This document shows positions 48,427 to 57,023 of a DNA stretch of 64,000 nt, one piece after another. Every line of letters starts with the position of its first letter. Within the stretch, counting starts at the first letter, position 1. Origin of the DNA: Vicinamibacteria bacterium (GTDB lineage Bacteria > Acidobacteriota > Vicinamibacteria > Vicinamibacterales > JAENWD01); the NCBI GenBank assembly GCA_963796915.1, contig CAWCNI010000004.1, positions 2,693,419-2,757,418 of the forward strand, read 5' to 3'. The notes beneath the pieces are model-generated. The model was not told the DNA's origin. It made no database searches and saw only the letters and a list, made by a program, of their open reading frames with translations. Made by a program: the position numbers and the translations under genes.

Positions 48427-49573
48427 CTAAGCGCCCTGGCCTTGCGCGGCGGCGCTGCCCGCGCCCGGCGTGAAGCGATGGCCGGCGCGCGTGAGGACGG
48501 CTTCGAGCGTCGAGACCAGCAGCTGCACTGAGGCCGGCGTCGCGCCGGCGCCCATCAGGCCGATCCGCCAGATCGCGCCAGCGAGCGGTCCGATGCCGGC
48601 GCCGATTTCGACGTTGAACGTCTCGCGCAGGGCCGTGCGGACGTCGGCGTCGTTCACGCCGGCGGGAATGCGCACGGTGGCGAGCGTCATCAGGCGCTCG
48701 GCTTGCGGCGGCAGCAGCTCCATTCCCATCGCGGCAATCGCCGCGGCGAACATGCGATGCGCGCGCGTGTGGCGGGTCCATCGTGCCTCGAGGCCTTCCT
48801 CTTCGATGGCGGCCAGCGCCTCGGCGAGGGCGTAGACCAGCGACGCCGAGATCGTGTGGTGGTACTTGCGCCGCACCCAGTAGTCCTCGAGCAGCGACAG
48901 ATCGAGGTAGAAGTTGCGGCTCTGGACGCGCGCCTTCAACGCCGCGGGCGCGAAGGCGACCGGCGCGAGGCCAGATGGCGCGCCGATGCACTTCTGCGTG
49001 CCGCTGTAGCACGCGTCCACGCCCCAGCCCGCCATGTCGAAGGTCTGCCCGCCGAGCGAGGTCACTGCGTCCACCAACGTGAGCGCGCCGTGTGCGCGCG
49101 CGAGCGCGGCGATCTCGGGCACCGGGTTCCTGACGCCCGTGGACGTCTCCGCGTGCACCACCGCCACGATGTCCGCGCCGGTGGTTCGAAGATGCGCCTC
49201 GACGAGCGCCGGGATCGACGGCGCGGCCCCAGTCGGCCTCCACCTTCGACACCGTCCCGCCATACCGCGTGCACATCTCTACGAGCCGCAGGCCGAAGTA
49301 CCCGGTCACAACGACGAGGACACGCTTGCCGGGCTCGACGAGATTCGCGACGGCGGCCTCCATGCCTGCGGTGCCGGTGCCCGAGACCGGCAGCACGAGC
49401 GCGCCTTCGGGCGCCTTCATCACGCGCGCGAGCCGTTCGCGCAGCGCGTCCATGATCGTCACGAACTGCGGATCGAGGTGGCCGAGCACGGGCGCCGCCA
49501 GCGCGCGCATCACGCGCGGCGTGACCATGCTGGGGCCGGGTCCGAAGAGCAGGCGTTCTGTCTGTGGGAGCAC
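48427..49573 (-). pseudogene. class V aminotransferase (alanine-glyoxylate / serine-pyruvate aminotransferase family), interrupted by a 1-nt frameshift near 49228
   Basis: N-terminal frame from the GTG at 49573: LLFGPGPSMVTPRVMRA...VSGTGTAGMEAAVANL...VSKVEADW. C-terminal frame (ORF 48427..49263): AAPSIPALVEAHL...VVHAETSTGV...YSGTQKCIGAPSG (PLP-Lys). The join falls in a GGGG run on the coding strand. Confidence 0.85.
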
Positions 49574-49590
49574 GTCAGGTCCTTAGTGAG

Positions 49591-49672
49591 AGGAGGAAGG
49601 GCCTAGAGGGCCGAGGAAGCCAAGAGGGGCAAGGGGGCCAAGAGAGCCAAGAGGGCCAAGAGGGCCAAGGGC
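49591..49672. repeat. G-rich GGCCAAGAG(G) array (G-quadruplex-capable on the plus strand)
   Basis: AGGAGGAAGGGCCTAGAGGGCCGAGGAAGCCAAGAGGGGCAAGGGGGCCAAGAGAGCCAAGAGGGCCAAGAGGGCCAAGGGC. Confidence 0.8.
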
Positions 49673-49683
49673 GCAGCATGGGA

Positions 49684-49709
49684 CTGTAGGGCCGATCCTC
49701 AGATCGGCC
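49684..49709. repeat. palindromic unit CTGTAGGGCCGATCCTCAGATCGGCC
   Basis: Same family as 33312-33335 and 62308-62331. Arms GGCCGATC / GATCGGCC. Confidence 0.85.
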
Positions 49710-49739
49710 ATCCCCACGCAGAACAACGCCGGGAGCGCG

Positions 49740-50636
49740 TCATACCGGCTGCAACAGCGCGGCGACTTGTTCTCGGATCGTTGCCGCTGCCGCTGGCGCC
49801 ACCGGGCGGAGTGGCGGACGCGGCGGGCCGCCGGCGAGTCCCGCGGCGTCGACCGCTACCTTCAGCCCGGGGATGCTGTGAATCGGGCCCACCGCTTTCG
49901 CGATCGGCATCAGCCGCCGCTGAAGCGCCTGCGCCTCGTCGTACCTTCCGGCCATCACGCACTCGAACAGCGACGTGCACGCGTCGGGCGCGACGTCGGC
50001 GGGGCCGATCGTCGCCCCGGTGGCGCCGACCATCAGCGAGCCCAGGAGCGCGCTCGTCGATCCCGCGAGCACGCCAAATCCTGGCCGGCAGCCGGCGGCG
50101 AGGTCGGCGATCACAGTCACGTCACCGCCCGAGTCCTTGATGCCGATGATGTTCGGATGCGCCGAGAGCGTGGCTGCCGCGTCGGGCGCCATGTTGATGC
50201 CGGTGAAGATCGTCACGTTGTACAGGATGACCGGCACCGGCGCCGCGTCGGCGACGCGCGTGTAGAACTCGACCAGCGCCTCGCTGTTCATCCGGCCCTT
50301 GAAAAACGACGGCGTGCGCACCATCACGGCGTCCGCGCCGCGCTCCGCCGCCCGCGCGCCGGCCGCGATCGCCGCGGCCGTGGACTCGCGCCCGGTGCCG
50401 GCGATCAGCCACTTCTCCGTCGGCCACACCGATCGCGCGCGCTCGATCAGCCGATCGGACTCCTCATCGTCCAGCAGCGGCGCCTCGCCGTTGCTGCCGA
50501 GCACCACGACCCCGGCCAGTGCCGTCTTCGCGTAGTGGCGGAGGTTCGACCCGAACGCATCGAGATCCACAGCGTCGCCGCGGAAGGGGGTCGTGACAGG
50601 CGCAAAGATGCCGCGGAGTGACCGGCCAGAAGACAT
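49740..50636 (-). CDS. dihydrodipicolinate synthase (DapA/NAL) family lyase
   Basis: GIFAPVTTPF...GVVVLGSNGEAPLL (GxxGE), ...YNV..., IIGIKDSGGD (Schiff-base Lys context). Confidence 0.8.
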   Translation of the reverse strand: MSSGRSLRGIFAPVTTPFRGDAVDLDAFGSNLRHYAKTALAGVVVLGSNGEAPLLDDEESDRLIERARSVWPTEKWLIAGTGRESTAAAIAAGARAAERGADAVMVRTPSFFKGRMNSEALVEFYTRVADAAPVPVILYNVTIFTGINMAPDAAATLSAHPNIIGIKDSGGDVTVIADLAAGCRPGFGVLAGSTSALLGSLMVGATGATIGPADVAPDACTSLFECVMAGRYDEAQALQRRLMPIAKAVGPIHSIPGLKVAVDAAGLAGGPPRPPLRPVAPAAAATIREQVAALLQPV

Positions 50637-50739
50637 CCCCCGACTCTACGGGGGCAGGCGAGAACGGTCAAGCGATGCGCGCCGGCCCTCACGCGCAAGG
50701 CGCCGGGGCGAAAAGGCGCACAGTACAGTCAGGCCAGCA

Positions 50740-50765
50740 CTGTAGGGCCAATCTTCAGATTGGCC
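50740..50765. repeat. palindromic unit CTGTAGGGCCAATCTTCAGATTGGCC
   Basis: Same family. Arms GGCCAATCT / AGATTGGCC. Confidence 0.85.
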
Positions 50766-50793
50766 ACGACACCGACGCCCTGTATAGAAGTTC

Positions 50794-50850
50794 GCGTAGC
50801 CCCGGAGCCCGGAGCCCGGAGCCCGTAGCCCGTAGCCCGTAGCCCGTGAG
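50794..50850. repeat. CCGGAGC / CCGTAGC heptamer microsatellite (about 8 units)
   Basis: GCGTAGC-C-(CCGGAGC)x3-(CCGTAGC)x3-CCGTGAGC. Ends 1 nt before the stop (50851) of the ABC permease gene. Confidence 0.9.
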
Positions 50851-51807
50851 CTACTGTCCTCCCTCCGCGACGATGTTCGTGAGCAGCGTGACGACGAAGA
50901 TCGCCACCGCCGGCGCAAGCAGCCACGGAAACGCGGCGAGCGCAGGGCCGGTGGCTTCCTGCAGCGCCGTCCCCCAGCTGGGCACGCGGTCGGGCAGGCC
51001 CAGGCCGATGAACGACAGCGTCGCCTCGGCGAGCACGAACGCGGGAACGAGCAGCGCCGCCTGGCGCGCCACGAAGCCGAAGGACGCCGGCAGCAGGTGC
51101 AGGCGCAGCACGCGCCACGGCGACGCGCCGAGCGCGCGCGCGGCTTCGGCGTGCGCCATCGCGTTCTCCGCCGCGACGATCGGCCGCACGCCGCGCGCGA
51201 TCCACGGCGCGCCGGCGACGGCGAGCAGCGCGATCAGCGCCGCGACGACGGCCGGCGTCGGCAGCACGATCGGCAGCGCCGCACGGAGCGTGACGACCAG
51301 GTAGATCGCCGGCAGCACGGCGATGACATCGGCGACGCGCATCAGGAGCGCAGCCAGCCAGCCGCCGCGGGCACCGGCGATGCCGCCAATCGCAAGCCCG
51401 ATCAGCACCGCGCCGGCGACGGCGCCGAGCGCGATCCCCAGCGATGCGCGCGCGCCGTAGACGAGACGCGCGAAGACGTCGCGGCCCGACCTGTCGGCGC
51501 CGAGCAGCAGGAGCGGCGCGTCGGGATCGCCAGCGTCGCTGACGAGGCGTCCGCTGGCGAAGAATGTCACCGGCACGTCCACGCCGGCGTCTTCGCGGTA
51601 TTGCTGGCTGAGACGATCGACCAGGCGCTGCGGATGAAAGTACGGCGCGCGCCAGTGGCCCGCGGCGTCGCGGAGCCGCACGACGGTGGGCGGCGCGTAC
51701 GGCGCGTCGGCGAACGGCGTATCGGGCGCGTGCGGCGCCACGACCGGCGCGGCAATCGACGCGATCACAATCGCACCGAGCAGCGCCGCACCGAGCGCGC
51801 GCGTCAT
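50851..51807 (-). CDS. ABC transporter permease (DppC/OppC-like)
   Basis: Start MTRALGAALLGAIVIASIAAPVVAP (ATG 51807-51805, ATGA overlap with the upstream stop). ...GADRSGRDVFARLVYGARASL... and the EAA-loop-like AHAEAARALGASPWRVLRLHLLP. Confidence 0.85.
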   Translation of the reverse strand: MTRALGAALLGAIVIASIAAPVVAPHAPDTPFADAPYAPPTVVRLRDAAGHWRAPYFHPQRLVDRLSQQYREDAGVDVPVTFFASGRLVSDAGDPDAPLLLLGADRSGRDVFARLVYGARASLGIALGAVAGAVLIGLAIGGIAGARGGWLAALLMRVADVIAVLPAIYLVVTLRAALPIVLPTPAVVAALIALLAVAGAPWIARGVRPIVAAENAMAHAEAARALGASPWRVLRLHLLPASFGFVARQAALLVPAFVLAEATLSFIGLGLPDRVPSWGTALQEATGPALAAFPWLLAPAVAIFVVTLLTNIVAEGGQ

Positions 51808-52787
51808 GCGGCCCTGCCTTCGGCGGAGGCGCCGGGCGACGTGATGCGCGGGTCGGCCCACGCGATCACCAGGTCTGCCGCGAGCAGCCCCAGTCCGAGC
51901 AGCAGCGTGCCGGCGGCCGCGCACCCGGCGACCAGGTTCAGATCGCGATGCAGGAGCGCGTCGAACGTCAGGCGGCCCAGCCCGGGCCACGCCGTGACGA
52001 TCTCGACCACGAACGACCCGCTGAGCAGCGCGCCGAACGCCAGCCCCGCCACCGCCGCGACGGGCTTCACGGAGAGCCGCCAGGCGTGGTGGACCATCAC
52101 GCGCGCCGGCGGGATGCCACGCGCCCGCGCCGCCTGCACGGCGGGATGCCGGAGCGCTTCGCCCAGCGCCTGCGCCTGCAGCCGCTCGAACGTCGCCGCC
52201 AGCGGTAATGCGAGCGCCAGGACCGGCAGCGGCAGGTGCCAGACGACATCGCGCACGTACGCGAGTCCGGACAGGCCAGCCGCCGACGTCATCCCGCTGG
52301 CGGGAAACCACCCGGTGCGCAGCGCGAGCAGCACCAGCGCCAGCGACCCCACGAACGGCGGAATCGAGAGCAGCACCAGCGAGACGATGCGGATCGCGTG
52401 CGCCAGCAGCGACCGCGGCCGTGTCGCGGAGAGAAACGCCGGAGGGATGCCGAGGATCAGCGCGACGAGCAGTGCCGTCACTGCCAGGATCGCCGTGTGC
52501 CCCGCGCGCGACGCGACCAGCGGGCCAGCCGGCTGCTGGTAGAGCGTGGAGTCGCCGAGATCGAGCCGGGCGACGCCGCCGATCCACGACGCCCACTGCG
52601 CGACGAGCGGGCGATCGAGGCCGGCCTGCGATCGCGCGCGCGCGATCCGCTCCCGCGACGCGCCGAAGCCGCCCGCGATCTCCGCCGCGTCGCCGGGCGC
52701 CAGCCGCGTCAGGACGAAGGCGCCGGACGACACCAGCAGCACGAGGAGGAGCGTCGAGCCGAGGCGCCGCAGCAGGTGGCCGATCAT
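51804..52787 (-). CDS. ABC transporter permease (DppB/OppB-like)
   Basis: MIGHLLRRLGSTLLLVLLVSSGAFVLTRLAPGD... and AARARGIPPARVMVHHAWRLS (EAA loop). Confidence 0.85.
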   Translation of the reverse strand: MIGHLLRRLGSTLLLVLLVSSGAFVLTRLAPGDAAEIAGGFGASRERIARARSQAGLDRPLVAQWASWIGGVARLDLGDSTLYQQPAGPLVASRAGHTAILAVTALLVALILGIPPAFLSATRPRSLLAHAIRIVSLVLLSIPPFVGSLALVLLALRTGWFPASGMTSAAGLSGLAYVRDVVWHLPLPVLALALPLAATFERLQAQALGEALRHPAVQAARARGIPPARVMVHHAWRLSVKPVAAVAGLAFGALLSGSFVVEIVTAWPGLGRLTFDALLHRDLNLVAGCAAAGTLLLGLGLLAADLVIAWADPRITSPGASAEGRAA

Positions 52788-52839
52788 CAGGATGGCATCC
52801 GGTCGGGGCCGATGATACCGGGTGCGCGGCCGGCGCGCG

Positions 52840-54584
52840 CTATGGCGCCGCCGGCGTCACGTACAGCTCGTCTGCCGCCCACAGCACCGGCGGCGTCGTC
52901 GGCGTGGGCTTCGCGCCGCCGACGCGGCGGCCGGTGGCGACGAACACGCGCGGCGCGGCGAAGTAGAGCGCCGGGTTGTGCGTCAGGAACAGCCGCTGGA
53001 CGTCGGTGAAGAGCGCCACGCGCTCCGTGCGGCTGGCGCTGGCCGCCTGCTGCGCCATCAGCGTGTCGATCTGCGCCTCCCACGGCGTGGCCGGCGTCTT
53101 CTGCGATGGATGCCACAGGTGCATGCCGCCGGAGCTGAGCCACCAGTCCAGGTTCGTCGCCGGATCGGTGTCGCTCGGCGTGGCGTGGTGGTAGATCGCG
53201 TCGAAGTCGCCCTCGCCCCATCGCTTCATGACGCCGCCGAGGTCCATGGCGACCACGTCCACCGCGACGCCGACCGGCGCGAGCTGGTCGCGGATGAACT
53301 GCGCGCCCTTCTCCCCCGCCGTCACGCCGGCCTGCACGAGGATCGTGATGCGCGCCGGGTGCCCCGCAGCGTCCTCGCGCACGCCGTCCTCGTTGCGATC
53401 GACCAGGCCCATCGCGTCGAGCAGCGCCGAGGCCTGCTTCGGGTCGAAGGGCGGAGGCTGGAGCCCGGTGGGCAGCCACTCGTGATTGGCCGCCGGCACC
53501 GCGAACGGCGACGCCTCCGCGGCGCCGAGATAGACGGAGTCCACGAAGCCCTGCCGGCTCACCGCCAGCGACACCGCCTGGCGGAACCTGTCGTCGAGGA
53601 GGAACGCGTGCGGACTGTCCTTGGCCGCCGCCAGGTTGAACCACAGTAGATAGCGGTCGAAGCCCCCTCCGAGATCGACCAGGTGCACCTTGCCGGCGTC
53701 TGCCGCGGCCTTCATCTCGCGATAGTCGTCGGGCCGCAGTTGCGTCTGCGTCAGATCGACCTGGCCGCCGGCCAGGCGCAGGAGCTCGGTGTTCTGGTCC
53801 GGCGCGATCTCCAATGTCAGCGTGTCCAGGTACGGGAGCGCGCGGCCCTCGCCGTCCTTCCGCCAGTAGTGCGGGTTGCGCACGAGCACGACGCGCTCGG
53901 CCGGCGTGTAGGACTGCGACCAGGAACGGGCCGAGCCCCGGCATCTCCGCCGGCGGCGTCTGCGGGCCCCAGGCGCTGCCGAACGTGCCGGCGGCCAAAG
54001 CGGCGCTGAGCGCGTGCTTGGGATAGATCGGCAGCGCGTCCAGCAGGCGGACGCCCGGCGCGTACGGCTTGTCGAAGTTGAGGACGACGCGGAGCGGCGA
54101 TTCGGCGTGGACGGCAATCGGCGCGTTGCCGACGCGGACCACGTCGGTCATCACGTTGTCGAAGTGCGCGTCCAGCGCCGCCGCAAACGAGAACGTCACA
54201 TCGTCTGCCGTGAACGGGCGTGCCGTCGGACCAGACAACGCCAGGGCGCAGATCGAGCGTGATGGTGCGGGTGTCCGGCGACACCGTCCACGCGGCAGCG
54301 AGCCATGGCTCCGGCGTGTCGGTGACGCGGTTCACGCGGACCAGGCGTCCGGCGGTGAGCAGCGCGATCAGATCGGTGGGGAAGGCGTTGCTCGCGTAGC
54401 GGTTGAAAGTCTTCGGCTCGCCGCGCATCGTGGCAACAAGCGCACCGCCTTTTGCCGGCTGGTCCTGTGTAGCCGAACGCGACGGTGATGAAGGGGGTCC
54501 CCCCGGTCGAACGTAATAAACGCCAACACCAAGAGCGACCAACAGCAGGGCCAGTGGAGCCCAGCGGCGCGAATTCCCGGTCAC
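52840..54584 (-). pseudogene. ABC transporter substrate-binding protein, family 5 (peptide/nickel), interrupted by two 1-nt frameshifts near 54215 and 53917
   Basis: Three consecutive frames carry one protein: ORF 53817..54584 (signal plus ...VVWSDGTP), ORF 52787..54238 (FTADDVTFSFAAAL...GLGPFLV) and ORF 52840..54117 (QSYTPAERVVLVRNPHYWRKDGEG...). The joins read SDGTP|g|FTADDV and PFLV|g|QSYTP. Confidence 0.8.
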
Positions 54585-54814
54585 GATCCTGGCCGACCGG
54601 CCAATCCGTTGGCCGGTGAAGAAGGGCGTTTATGGCTGAGGCTTTTCACGATTCACCGTGTTTTTGTGCAAACCCTGCACGCTAACGCTATTGGCGGTCA
54701 ATGCGTTGACCGATAGGGCGGCGTTACTTAACCGGTAACTCCCGACCCCTTCGAGGCCGCCATCCTACCTGAAATCAACAACTAACGAGCTCCGCCCGCG
54801 CGGGCCGCCGGCGA

Positions 54815-54829
54815 TGGTACCCACCCTGC
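54815..54829 (+). promoter_or_regulatory. candidate sigma-54 (-24/-12) promoter upstream of the HTH-S8 operon
   Basis: TGGTAC-CCACC-CTGC matches TGGCAC-N5-TTGC, with the invariant GG and GC at the correct 10-nt spacing. It lies 32 nt upstream of the ATG at 54861 and just before a GGAGG-rich RBS. A sigma-54 activator is encoded 4.6 kb downstream. Confidence 0.3.
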
Positions 54830-54860
54830 CACTACAGGAGGCGGGGAGGACTATTTCCGG

Positions 54861-55100
54861 ATGTCACAGGCCGCTCAGCCATCACCTGCCGCAGACCCAC
54901 GGGTCGGGCGCAGCGTGTCCATCGATCAGGCTGCTGAACTTCTCGGCGTCTCTCGTCGGACGGTTTACAACCGCATTCGCGACGGGCGCCTGGCCACCAT
55001 CCGGACATTGGGCGGTTCGCAACGCGTGTTGCTCGAGTCACTCGCGCGTTCGGCCGCATGGATTCGCCCGCTCGTGTCGGAATTCGGAGGCAGACAATGA
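54861..55100 (+). CDS. excisionase-family/MerR-type helix-turn-helix DNA-binding protein
   Basis: SIDQAAELLGVSRRTVYNRIRDGRLATIRTLGGSQRVL (HTH_17-like). The stop TGA (55098-55100) overlaps the ATG (55097-55099) of the S8 peptidase gene. Confidence 0.75.
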   Translation: MSQAAQPSPAADPRVGRSVSIDQAAELLGVSRRTVYNRIRDGRLATIRTLGGSQRVLLESLARSAAWIRPLVSEFGGRQ

Positions 55101-56881
55101 CGACGCTTAAGGGACGGCACCAGGTGGCGGCAGCCTTGGTAGGAGCTGTCGTGGCGTTTGGCGTGACCGTGACGGCAGAGGGGGGCCCGCGTGCGCGGCT
55201 GTCCCGCGACCTCTCCGACGCGCTCACACGTGGAGGCGCGGCGACGCGCGATGTCATTCTGCAGGCCGACGCGACGACCGTGGCGGCGGTGGCCGCGCGG
55301 CACGGCGCGCAGGTGAAGAAGTGGCTGACGACCGGCGCTGTCCTCTCGGTGAGCGACGCCAACCTGGGCGGCCTGACGGCTGACGCCGCCGTCGACCACC
55401 TGTCCGGCGACACCTTCGTGCACTCGATGATGGCGGTGACCGACCAGGCGATTGGCGAGGACCAGGTGCTGGCCGGGCTCAAGGGCATCGGGCCGGTGAG
55501 CGGCCGCGGCATCGGCATCGCGCTGATCGATTCCGGCGTCTCGAACCACGTGGCGCTGAAGGGCCACATCGCGGCGGCGCTGGACTTCACGGAGGCGGGC
55601 GGCAAGGGCGTGGACGAACTGGGCCACGGCACGCACGTGGCGGGGATTATCGGCGGCGAGGACGCGGACTTCCGCGGCGTGGCGCCGGGCGCGTGGATCG
55701 TGAGCCTGAAGGTGCTGAGCGCTGACGGCTCGGGCCGGACCAGCGACGTGATCAACGCGATCGACTGGGCGGTCTCGCACAGCCGGCAGTACGGCATCCG
55801 GGTGATCAACCTGTCGCTGGGGCGGCCGGTGTTCGAGTCGTACCTGGACGACCCGCTGTGCCAGGCGGTGGAGCGCGCGTATCGCGCCGGGCTGCTGGTG
55901 GTGACCTCGGCGGGCAACTACGGGATGACGCAGGACGGGCAGAAGGTGCTGGGCGCGATCACCGCGCCGGGCAACTCGCCGTACGCCTTCACGGTGGGCT
56001 CGCTCGACAGCCAGAACACCGTCACGCGCTCCGACGACGTGGTGTCCGACTACAGCTCGCGCGGGCCGACGCTCTACGACCGGCTGGTGAAGCCGGACAT
56101 CGCGGCGCCGGGGCGGAAGATCGTCTCGCTCTACAACGAGGGCTCGACGCTGGCGGTGCGGTATCCCGACCACCTGGTGAGCGGCAGCGGGAAGACGGGG
56201 CTGTTCTACCTGAGTGGCACGAGCATGGCGACCGGCGTGGTCAGCGGCGCGGCGGCGCTGGTGCTGGAGACCAACCCGAAGCTGACGCCGCTCCAGGTGC
56301 GGGTGGCGCTGCAGATGTCGGCGTCGTTCATGCCGGACGCCGGCCTCATCGGCGCGGGCGCGGGCGAGCTGAACGTGGCGGCGGCGGTGAAGCTGGCGAA
56401 GACGGGGCCGTCGGTGCAGCGGGTGTCGACGGTGATTGCCGGCGAGCCGGTCCAGTCGAGCGGTGTCGTAACAGGCGACTCGACGGTGTGGGGAAGCGGA
56501 CGTTCAATCGTCCGCGGCGCCAACACGATCGTGTGGGGAAACTCCAACACCATCGTCTGGGGTAATAGCGCGAACACTATTGTCTGGGGCAACACCATTG
56601 TCTGGGGCAACACGATCGTGTGGGGAAACTCGAACACCATCGTTTGGGGGAACTCCAACACCATTGTCTGGGGCAACACCATTGTCTGGGGCAACACCAT
56701 CGTTTGGGGGAACTCCGCCGACACGATCGTTTGGGGAAACGCACTCATGAATACGATCGTCTGGGGGAACAGCCTGGACACCATCGTCTGGGGCAATACG
56801 ATCGTCTGGGGCAACACCATCGTTTGGGGCAATTCAGCGGACACCATCGTCTGGGGTAACACGATCGTCTGGGGCAACTAG
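55097..56881 (+). CDS. secreted S8 (subtilisin-family) serine peptidase with 16 C-terminal TIVWGN repeats
   Basis: Signal peptide and I9-like propeptide. Catalytic triad contexts IALIDSGV, HGTHVAGII and GTSMATGVVSGAAAL. The C-terminal 119 aa consists of TIVWGN units. Confidence 0.9.
   Translation: MTTLKGRHQVAAALVGAVVAFGVTVTAEGGPRARLSRDLSDALTRGGAATRDVILQADATTVAAVAARHGAQVKKWLTTGAVLSVSDANLGGLTADAAVDHLSGDTFVHSMMAVTDQAIGEDQVLAGLKGIGPVSGRGIGIALIDSGVSNHVALKGHIAAALDFTEAGGKGVDELGHGTHVAGIIGGEDADFRGVAPGAWIVSLKVLSADGSGRTSDVINAIDWAVSHSRQYGIRVINLSLGRPVFESYLDDPLCQAVERAYRAGLLVVTSAGNYGMTQDGQKVLGAITAPGNSPYAFTVGSLDSQNTVTRSDDVVSDYSSRGPTLYDRLVKPDIAAPGRKIVSLYNEGSTLAVRYPDHLVSGSGKTGLFYLSGTSMATGVVSGAAALVLETNPKLTPLQVRVALQMSASFMPDAGLIGAGAGELNVAAAVKLAKTGPSVQRVSTVIAGEPVQSSGVVTGDSTVWGSGRSIVRGANTIVWGNSNTIVWGNSANTIVWGNTIVWGNTIVWGNSNTIVWGNSNTIVWGNTIVWGNTIVWGNSADTIVWGNALMNTIVWGNSLDTIVWGNTIVWGNTIVWGNSADTIVWGNTIVWGN
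56522..56878 (+). repeat. coding tandem repeat: 16 x TIVWGN with 0-4-aa linkers
   Basis: NTIVWGN SNTIVWGN SANTIVWGN TIVWGN TIVWGN SNTIVWGN SNTIVWGN TIVWGN TIVWGN SADTIVWGN ALMNTIVWGN SLDTIVWGN TIVWGN TIVWGN SADTIVWGN TIVWGN, then stop. The core hexapeptide is invariant while third codon positions vary (ATC/ATT, GTC/GTG/GTT, GGC/GGA/GGG/GGT). Confidence 0.95.
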
Positions 56882-56924
56882 GCGAACGCAGGGCGTGCGC
56901 CATAGCACCTTTCGCCTTTTTTTT
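56881..56924 (+). terminator. rho-independent terminator after the S8 gene
   Basis: GGCGAA...TTCGCC stem enclosing a GC-rich internal hairpin, followed by T8 (56917-56924). Confidence 0.6.
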
Positions 56925-57023
56925 GCGGATCAAACATGCAGCCTATAATCGTCTGGTCCTGACAAGCCGATAAACGTCGGTATGGGGTAACCCCGCCTTA
57001 GCGGGGACCGACCCTCTTGACCA

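Noticed and set aside
56940-56950. Perfect TATAAT box (56944-56949) upstream of the HD-GYP gene as a sigma-70 promoter
   Set aside because: It may be real. However, the best -35-like hexamers (TTGCGG or TTTTGC) have non-optimal sequence or spacing, and acidobacterial promoter consensus is uncertain. The support is too weak to list as a feature.
56936-56962. Mini-ORF MQPIIVWS just after the S8 terminator, resembling the TIVWGN repeat
   Set aside because: It is eight codons long with no RBS. The similarity comes from a relic of the repeat DNA (ATCGTCTGG). It is noted under the S8 finding but not called as a gene.
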